Below are positions 48,884 through 54,710 of a stretch of DNA of 54,710 nucleotides, in pieces (position 1 is the stretch's first letter; each line of letters opens with the position of its first letter). The notes beneath the pieces were generated by a model, which was not told the DNA's origin, searched no databases, and was given only the letters and a program-made list of their open reading frames with translations. Origin of the DNA: Desulfuromonadales bacterium (lineage in GTDB: Bacteria; Desulfobacterota; Desulfuromonadia; Desulfuromonadales; SZUA-540); the NCBI GenBank assembly GCA_033549025.1, contig JAWSUS010000023.1, positions 1 to 54,710 on the forward strand, written 5' to 3'. The translations under genes and the position numbers were made by a program.

Positions 48884-49552
48884 ATGACAGATCAAAAACC
48901 CCGGCCGTATAAGGGTCTGTTTTCATTCGCCGAAGTCGCAGCGGGCATGAATGCGGCAAGCCGCAATGTAAAACGCCTTGCGGACAACGCGTGCATTTTA
49001 CTCGACAAGGGGCGGATTCTCAATGCTGCCTCACTTGCAGCACTAGCGATTGAGGAAGCCGGCGAGGTCACTATCTTGAGGCAAATCGCACTGGTTACCA
49101 CCCAGAAGAATGCGCCCAAAGCATGGAAGCCGTATCGACGCCATACAGACAAAACAACATGTGGCTCTTTCCGCAGCTGGTCGCCGACGGAGCCGGTCAA
49201 CTGGAAGGTTTTCGGTCTTTAGTCGCCCCGGATGCTGAGCCCCCGCAGTTACTCGACCTGCTTAAGCAACTCGGCTTTTACACAGACACGTACAAACGCG
49301 GCCACTGATTCTGTCCTGAGGAAGGGATTGATCGGAATCTAGCTGACTCCCTGGTGCAGACCGCAGAACTACTTGCATCAGATAAGGTGGTTACGGCAGG
49401 GGAGATTGACCGCTGGGCTAAACAACTCGGCAAGCTATGAATGGATGCAAAAGGCTCTGGTGAACTGGTATTCGGTGATGCAGCAGTGTGGGCTGGCACC
49501 GGCAGCGGCGAACAAAATGCAAGCTTTCGTGAGCGGGAAGGCGGGCCTGTAG
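48884..49552 (+). pseudogene. AbiV-family (HEPN-like) abortive-infection gene, frameshifted with internal stops
   Basis: GMNAASRNVKRL, LAIEEAG, YRRHTDK; frameshift near 49150 into NNMWLFP...LKQLGFYTD; stops at 49306 and 49438; C-terminus continues in another frame. Confidence 0.7.
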
Positions 49553-49772
49553 GAAAAGACCAAGTCAAGCAAATCACGAGATTCAGGACACTCAGAAGCC
49601 CAGCCTGAAATCACCAGGTTGGGCTGTCTTGTATTTTATCCTCCATCAGAGTCTTGCTTTACCTGGAACTCGTAAGTTGCACCGCTGAAGCTATAGGTGG
49701 CCGGGTTTCATGTGTAGCGGCTGGATGGGCTTGGCTAATCATGGATGGGTGTTTTTGCTTGAGAATTCGAAT

Positions 49773-49904
49773 ATGGAGCCAAACTGTCCTAAGTGTGGTA
49801 AGCCCCTGGTTAAGAGAATGGCGAAGAAGGGTCCACATGCAGGGAGGGAATTTTGGGGTTGTTCTGGATTCCCCGCATGTCGGTATACTGCAGCCATAAA
49901 GTAA
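49773..49904 (+). CDS. Isolated topoisomerase-type C4 zinc finger (probable gene fragment)
   Basis: [11 protein letters not shown]...[12 protein letters not shown]. Confidence 0.6.
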   Translation: MEPNCPKCGKPLVKRMAKKGPHAGREFWGCSGFPACRYTAAIK

Positions 49905-49928
49905 AAAGCAGAACCTTTCCCACCCCTG

Positions 49929-50423
49929 CTACAGCAAGCCCTTCAGAAAGCCCGCAAACAGAACTTCAATCTCCCCTAGTTTTTCGGTAAGAGTGTGTCC
50001 GGCGTCGAAGACATGGAGGTCTGCCCGAGCCTTTTGGGCAAATTGCAGCACATTCGCGACCGGCACCACGTCATCCTGCCAGCCCTGGACGATAACAGTC
50101 TTTTCGGCATAGGGATGAATGTCCTGCCGGGCATAACCCGGCATGCCGGGCGCGGGGGCCATCAAAAACAATCCCACAGGACGAAGTACCTCGGAGGCGG
50201 CGGTGGCGACATAGCCGCCCATGCTCGAGCCGACCAGAATGTCCGGTGGCTGTTGATCCTCAAAGAGGGACAATAGCTTGGCCAGGCGGACTTCCGGGTC
50301 AAAGGAGTCGGTAAAGTCCGGGGCCAGGGTTTCATGGCCAAGAGCCGCAGCCACCTGCGACAGTCTGGTGATTTTTCGACCCTGTGGGCCGGATTCTTTG
50401 CCATGAATAAAACAAATGCGCAT
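49929..50423 (-). CDS. Small alpha/beta hydrolase (YqiA/YcfP-like)
   Basis: AGGAGG RBS; FIHGKES, GSSMGG nucleophile elbow, DDVV, GH. Confidence 0.85.
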   Translation of the reverse strand: MRICFIHGKESGPQGRKITRLSQVAAALGHETLAPDFTDSFDPEVRLAKLLSLFEDQQPPDILVGSSMGGYVATAASEVLRPVGLFLMAPAPGMPGYARQDIHPYAEKTVIVQGWQDDVVPVANVLQFAQKARADLHVFDAGHTLTEKLGEIEVLFAGFLKGLL

Positions 50424-50612
50424 TGAGTCCTCCTGATAATTCCGAGAGCAGGTGAAGACAGCTGTTAACTAACGTTGGTTGATGCCGGCCCCCGTTTTGT
50501 GCAGGAGGAGCCGTTAAAATGCTAGAGGTGCTCGCCCGCCTTTTGAAGTCGTGGCATAACTCTTCACACCAACTCAAGCGACCAGAAGTCCAGGCTTAGA
50601 AAGGGGAATGTC

Positions 50613-50711
50613 ATGTATGACGTATTTTTTGACAAACCACCCAATGCTCCAAGTACCACCGGAAAAACCTCTGGTTATGGCCGCGGAAACAATCCCCCTA
50701 AGAGCACATAA
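50613..50711 (+). CDS. Candidate 32-aa micropeptide MYDVFFDKPPNAPSTTGKTSGYGRGNNPPKST
   Basis: AAAGGGGA RBS 5 nt before the ATG; distinctive PSTTG..SG.GRGNNPP segment. Confidence 0.45.
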   Translation: MYDVFFDKPPNAPSTTGKTSGYGRGNNPPKST

Positions 50712-50817
50712 TAGGAGGGTATCGTATAATGGGACCTATGATCCAAAAATTTGAAGCAGTTTTTGAAATAGTGAAAACTGTATTTATGCGAGAGAGAATG
50801 TTAAGCCTGGGTTAACC

Positions 50818-50951
50818 TTGACTCGAAATGCTGACTGGGATAGATTGACACGGTCTGATGTTGAGAGGGGTAATGACTGATTGTCTAAAACTATCCATAA
50901 ACTCACAATAACCGCTGCTGCCAAGTAGTTCTGGCCAGCGGTTTTTTATTT
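50818..50951 (+). ncRNA. Candidate short transcript or leader unit 2 (paralogous to unit 1)
   Basis: TTGACT-N17-TAGATT; terminator AACCGCTGCTG...CAGCGGTTTTTTATTT. Confidence 0.45.
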
Positions 50952-51019
50952 GAGCAAACTGCGGCACTCTGCTTTTTCGCGACAGCCATCGGCAAGTCTT
51001 CTCACATAGGGTTTTTTGT

Positions 51020-54000
51020 TTGAATGAACAACCATCTCCTCAAACAGAACCAGTGCATCCGATGATTGATCAAAGCGGAACATCCCCACACCGTTTCTCC
51101 CGCCCGCTTGTTGCAGCGGCCATCGTGTTTCTCCTTGTCACACTTTTAGCGGCAATGCTTGTCTGGCGACTCGATCACCTCCGCCTTCAGAAAGACCGTA
51201 CGCGTGTCGCCAGCCTTACCGGGGATTATGCAAACGCTCTTCAACGCAACATCGAACGGGCCTTGTCAGCTACTTATGCCCTTGCCGCCATGGTTCGCCA
51301 GGGCAATGGCCATTTTCCCAACTTTGACGAAATAGCCCTCCAGATGCTTCCACTCTACCCGGGGGCTGACTCGCTGCAACTGGCACCTGGTGGCGTTACA
51401 CGGCAGATTGTCCCCCTTGCCGGCAACGAAAAGGGGATTGGCCGTAACCTGCTGACCGACCCGTTACGCAACAAAGAAGCCCTTCTTGCACGGGAGAGTG
51501 GAAAACTGACTCTTGCCGGTCCGTTTGACCTCATCCAGGGGGGAACCGGAGTGGTCGGGCGCTTTCCTGTTTTCCTCGATAATGAAGCTGGCCATAAGTT
51601 TTTCTGGGGGTTCACCTCCATTGTTCTGCGCTTCCCCGATATCCTTGACACGGCCGGCTTGCCTCGCTTGACCGATCAAGGGTTTGCTTACGAACTCTGG
51701 CGCGTCCACCCGGACAGCGGGGAGAGACAGATCATCACTGCGTCCGCCGCGGTCCCACTAAACGAGCCTGTAGAACAAGTCCTGGAACTGCCAAACGGCA
51801 TCTGGACCCTAAGCGTGGTGCCGGTCAAGGGCTGGGGTAGTCCCCTCGGACTTTCAGCCATGGCTTCGCTGGGCTTGATGTTCAGCTTACTTCTGTCCTA
51901 TCTCACGAAACTTTTGGTTGAGTCAAAAAACCACGAAGCTCGGCTGGAGGGGCTGGTCGTCGAGCGCACGGCCAAAATCCGTGAGGGCGAGGAACGCCTG
52001 CGACTGCTGGAGGACAATCTGCCCGACAGTTATGTCTTCCAGTATCTTCACGAAGAGGATGGGACCCCACGGTTCCTCTATTTAAGTGCCGGAGTGGAAA
52101 AGTTGCACGGCCTGAGCCGGCAGGTGGTTCAGGGCGACGCCGGCGCCTTGTACAGGCAAATCGATCTAGAGCAGACGTCTGACCTAAAAGAGGCGATAGG
52201 TGTCAGCGCAAAAAATTTGACCGACTTTCAAATGGATCTTCATGCGTGTCGGGCCGATGGAGAGTGTCGCTGGTTGAAGGTACGTGCTCGACCGCAACGA
52301 AGGGCGGACAGACGAGTTGTGTGGGACGGTGTGGTTTCGGATGTTACCGTGCATAAACAGACTGAAGATGAGGTCAGAAAGAGCGCGGCCCGCTATCGGG
52401 AACTGTTCGAAGTCAACCCACATCCTATGTGGGTCTATGATCTGGAGAGCCTGGCATTTCTGGCAGTGAACGATGCGGCAATATCCCACTACGGATACAG
52501 CCAGGACGAGTTTCTCGCCATGACCATCCGAGACATTCGACCTCCGGAGGATGTGCCGAAACTTCTTGAAAATATTTCTAAAGTGAGCCATGGCGTAGAT
52601 GAAGCTGGCGCTTGGTGGCACTGTAAAAAAGATGGCAGCCTGATCCTGGTCGAAATTACCTCCCACACACTCAGCTTTGATGGTCATCCGGCCGAATTGG
52701 TTTTAGCGCACGACATCACGGAAAGATATCGAGCGGAGTCGGCACTGCGCGAGAGTGAAGAACGGCTGAACCTGTTTATCGAACATGCCCCGGCGGCGCT
52801 GGCCATGTTTGATCGCGAGATGCGGTATCTGGCCGTCAGCCAGCGCTGGTTGGTTGACTATGGCCTAAGAGAGAAGGACATTATTGGCCATTCCCACTAT
52901 GAGATTTTTCCAGAGATCGAGGAGAAATGGAAAACTGCGCATTGTCGTGGCTTGGCCGGTGAGGTCCTTTGTGCCGACGAGGATCGTTTCAAGCGAGCCG
53001 ACGGCACTTTTCAATGGGTGCGCTGGGAAATACGCCCATGGCATGCGGCCGATGGCAGCGTTGGAGGCATTGTCATCTTTTCCGAAGACATTACCGAGCG
53101 CAAGATCTATGAAGAAAAACTGATGCATTTGGCTACCCATGATGAGTTGACCGGCCTGGCAAACCGTCCGCTCTTGCTGGATCGCCTGGAGCAGTCGCTC
53201 CATTATGCCCGCCGGTCAGGATGCCTGGTGGGGGTGCTGTTGTTTGATCTGGATCGTTTCAAGGTCATCAACGACAGCCTCGGTCATGCTTTCGGAGACA
53301 AGTTGTTATGCTCTTTGGCGAAGCGATTGATGCAGCTCGTGCGCGAGGCCGACACGGTCGCCCGGTTGGGTGGAGACGAGTTCGTCATTTTGCTGGCGGA
53401 GGTGGCTGAACCAGAGGATGTTGGCCTGGTCGCCTCAAAAATTCTGCAGCACTTGGCAAAGCCTTTCTGGGTTGATAATCGAGAGATTCTCGTGACCGCC
53501 AGTCTGGGAATCAGTCTCTACCCCAAAGACAGCGACGAGGGTGCTACCCTGATCCGCAACGCCGATATGGCCATGTACCGTGCAAAGAAGAATAAACGTA
53601 ACAGTTTTGCCTTTTATTCACCGGAAATGAATCAGCGTATCCTTGAGACCCTTGAGCTTGAAGGGGGTTTGCGTCAGGCCCTTGAACGCAAGGAGTTTTG
53701 TCTGCACTACCAGCCGCAGGTTGATTTGGGCAGTGGCCATATTGTCGGCTGCGAGGCCCTGGTCCGCTGGCAACATCCTCAGCGGGGGATGGTGCCGCCG
53801 GACAATTTCATTCCCCTGGCCGAAGAAACCGGACTGATTGTCCCGCTCGGCACCTGGGTCTTGCGGGAATCCTGCCGTCAAGCCAGGGAATGGCAGGAAC
53901 AGGGGCTGTCAGGGTTGAGTGTGGCCGTCAACATCTCCGGTCGACAGTTTCGAGAGCCAGACTTTGTCGCCACCGTGGAGCGCGTTCTTCAGGAAAGCGG

Positions 54001-54424
54001 ACTGGAGCCTCAATTTCTGGAATTGGAGATCACCGAAAGTGTCATGATGGAAAATGTTGAATCAGCCATCATGACTTGGGCCGATCTCAAGCTTCTGGGG
54101 GTCTCCCTCGCTATCGACGATTTTGGCACCGGCTATTCATCCCTGAGCTATCTCAAGCAGTTTCCCATACACAGCCTCAAGATCGACCGGTCTTTTGTTT
54201 GTGATATTGTAACAGACTCAAACGATGCGGCCATCGCCTCTTCTGTTATTGCTCTGGCGCACACCATGGGCTTGAAGGTTGTTGGTGAAGGCATTGAGAC
54301 GGAGGAACAACTCCAGTTTCTGAAAGAGAAGGGCTGTAATATGGGGCAAGGATACCTGTTCAGTCGGCCGCTGCCCGCCGAGGAAATTGTTTTGGCGATA
54401 AAAAGTAAGGGCGAGAGAAAATAG
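51020..54424 (+). CDS. Membrane CHASE-PAS(x3)-GGDEF-EAL c-di-GMP signalling protein (start could be ATG 51062)
   Basis: Two TMs flanking CHASE (LAGPFDLIQGG); PAS/PAC repeats; READ I-site plus GGDEF; EALVRW; DDFGTGYSSL. Confidence 0.93.
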   Translation: MNEQPSPQTEPVHPMIDQSGTSPHRFSRPLVAAAIVFLLVTLLAAMLVWRLDHLRLQKDRTRVASLTGDYANALQRNIERALSATYALAAMVRQGNGHFPNFDEIALQMLPLYPGADSLQLAPGGVTRQIVPLAGNEKGIGRNLLTDPLRNKEALLARESGKLTLAGPFDLIQGGTGVVGRFPVFLDNEAGHKFFWGFTSIVLRFPDILDTAGLPRLTDQGFAYELWRVHPDSGERQIITASAAVPLNEPVEQVLELPNGIWTLSVVPVKGWGSPLGLSAMASLGLMFSLLLSYLTKLLVESKNHEARLEGLVVERTAKIREGEERLRLLEDNLPDSYVFQYLHEEDGTPRFLYLSAGVEKLHGLSRQVVQGDAGALYRQIDLEQTSDLKEAIGVSAKNLTDFQMDLHACRADGECRWLKVRARPQRRADRRVVWDGVVSDVTVHKQTEDEVRKSAARYRELFEVNPHPMWVYDLESLAFLAVNDAAISHYGYSQDEFLAMTIRDIRPPEDVPKLLENISKVSHGVDEAGAWWHCKKDGSLILVEITSHTLSFDGHPAELVLAHDITERYRAESALRESEERLNLFIEHAPAALAMFDREMRYLAVSQRWLVDYGLREKDIIGHSHYEIFPEIEEKWKTAHCRGLAGEVLCADEDRFKRADGTFQWVRWEIRPWHAADGSVGGIVIFSEDITERKIYEEKLMHLATHDELTGLANRPLLLDRLEQSLHYARRSGCLVGVLLFDLDRFKVINDSLGHAFGDKLLCSLAKRLMQLVREADTVARLGGDEFVILLAEVAEPEDVGLVASKILQHLAKPFWVDNREILVTASLGISLYPKDSDEGATLIRNADMAMYRAKKNKRNSFAFYSPEMNQRILETLELEGGLRQALERKEFCLHYQPQVDLGSGHIVGCEALVRWQHPQRGMVPPDNFIPLAEETGLIVPLGTWVLRESCRQAREWQEQGLSGLSVAVNISGRQFREPDFVATVERVLQESGLEPQFLELEITESVMMENVESAIMTWADLKLLGVSLAIDDFGTGYSSLSYLKQFPIHSLKIDRSFVCDIVTDSNDAAIASSVIALAHTMGLKVVGEGIETEEQLQFLKEKGCNMGQGYLFSRPLPAEEIVLAIKSKGERK

Positions 54425-54483
54425 GCCAGGATTGGCTCTCCTCGGATCTTGGTTGGTCAGTGCAAACAGCCGGGTATTTACCC

Positions 54484-54512
54484 AGAAAAGCCCGGACTCC
54501 CGGGCTTTTCTG
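54484..54512. terminator. Intrinsic terminator
   Basis: CAGAAAAGCCCGG-ACTC-CCGGGCTTTTCTG. Confidence 0.75.
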
Positions 54513-54710
54513 TTTGTGGGCACCTCAACCTCTGCCCCTTTTCCTCAAAACTCCTCTGGATATAAAACCATTCATTGGCGCCTTTTGTGACCAGGCCTCA
54601 ATCATAGCCAATGCGACTGTAAGATCCGTTTATAGAGCCGGCTCCAGAAATTTGAACAGCGGTATAAGTGGATAAGCCTTCCTACTTCAGGCATAGTGAT
54701 GCCAGAAAAG

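Larger units (their letters stand above)
47630..54710. mobile_element. Putative genomic island or accessory region inserted at tRNA-Arg (extends beyond the window)
   Basis: Visibly AT-richer than the core; arm-like repeats, pseudogenes and a defence-gene remnant; no integrase in the window. Confidence 0.6.

Noticed and set aside
49306..49308. In-frame TGA in the AbiV-like gene as possible selenocysteine
   Set aside because: The context (GH*) fits a TGG-to-TGA nonsense change, there is no SECIS hairpin, and the gene has other lesions.
50870..50912. 12-codon ORF (MTDCLKLSINSQ) inside leader unit 2 as a leader peptide
   Set aside because: No counterpart in paralogous unit 1 and no control-codon run.

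Overview
GC-rich bacterial chromosome segment, most likely from a Desulfuromonas/Geobacter-like deltaproteobacterium (Desulfuromonadales). This is inferred from the Cbc3-type Rieske/cyt b/multiheme cyt c cluster, the folD-metV-metF-gcv cluster and general gene content. The left edge (about 1-2000) is the tail of an accessory region: the right end of an IS3-family element interrupting an FG-GAP-repeat gene, a stand-alone LigD phosphoesterase and a HIT protein. The core (about 2000-47630) carries a LuxR regulator with a secreted protein, an FHA-GGDEF, cytochrome P460, an MFS transporter, the Na+-NQR operon (nqrA-F plus nqrM), a RhlE helicase, xthA, a secreted LigE ligase, a TPP-riboswitch-controlled thiF-S-G-H-E operon, glpK, two REC-GGDEFs, DAHP synthase, yggT-divIVA-yggU, folD-metV-metF-gcvTHP, pta/ackA, a ferredoxin, tatA, hpt, the Rieske/cyt b/pentaheme cyt c complex and tRNA-Arg(CCG). 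After the tRNA an AT-richer island begins, with integrase arm-like repeats, a degenerate attC-like site, an AbiV pseudogene and a CHASE-PAS-GGDEF-EAL gene. The best novel signal is a 60-codon membrane ORF missing from the ORF track (19278-19460). It has an in-frame UGA in a CxxxxU motif followed by a bacterial SECIS-like hairpin, so it is a probable unannotated selenoprotein. Also notable are two paralogous promoter-short RNA-terminator units in the island and a 32-aa micropeptide. All family assignments come from motif recognition by eye; no searches were run.
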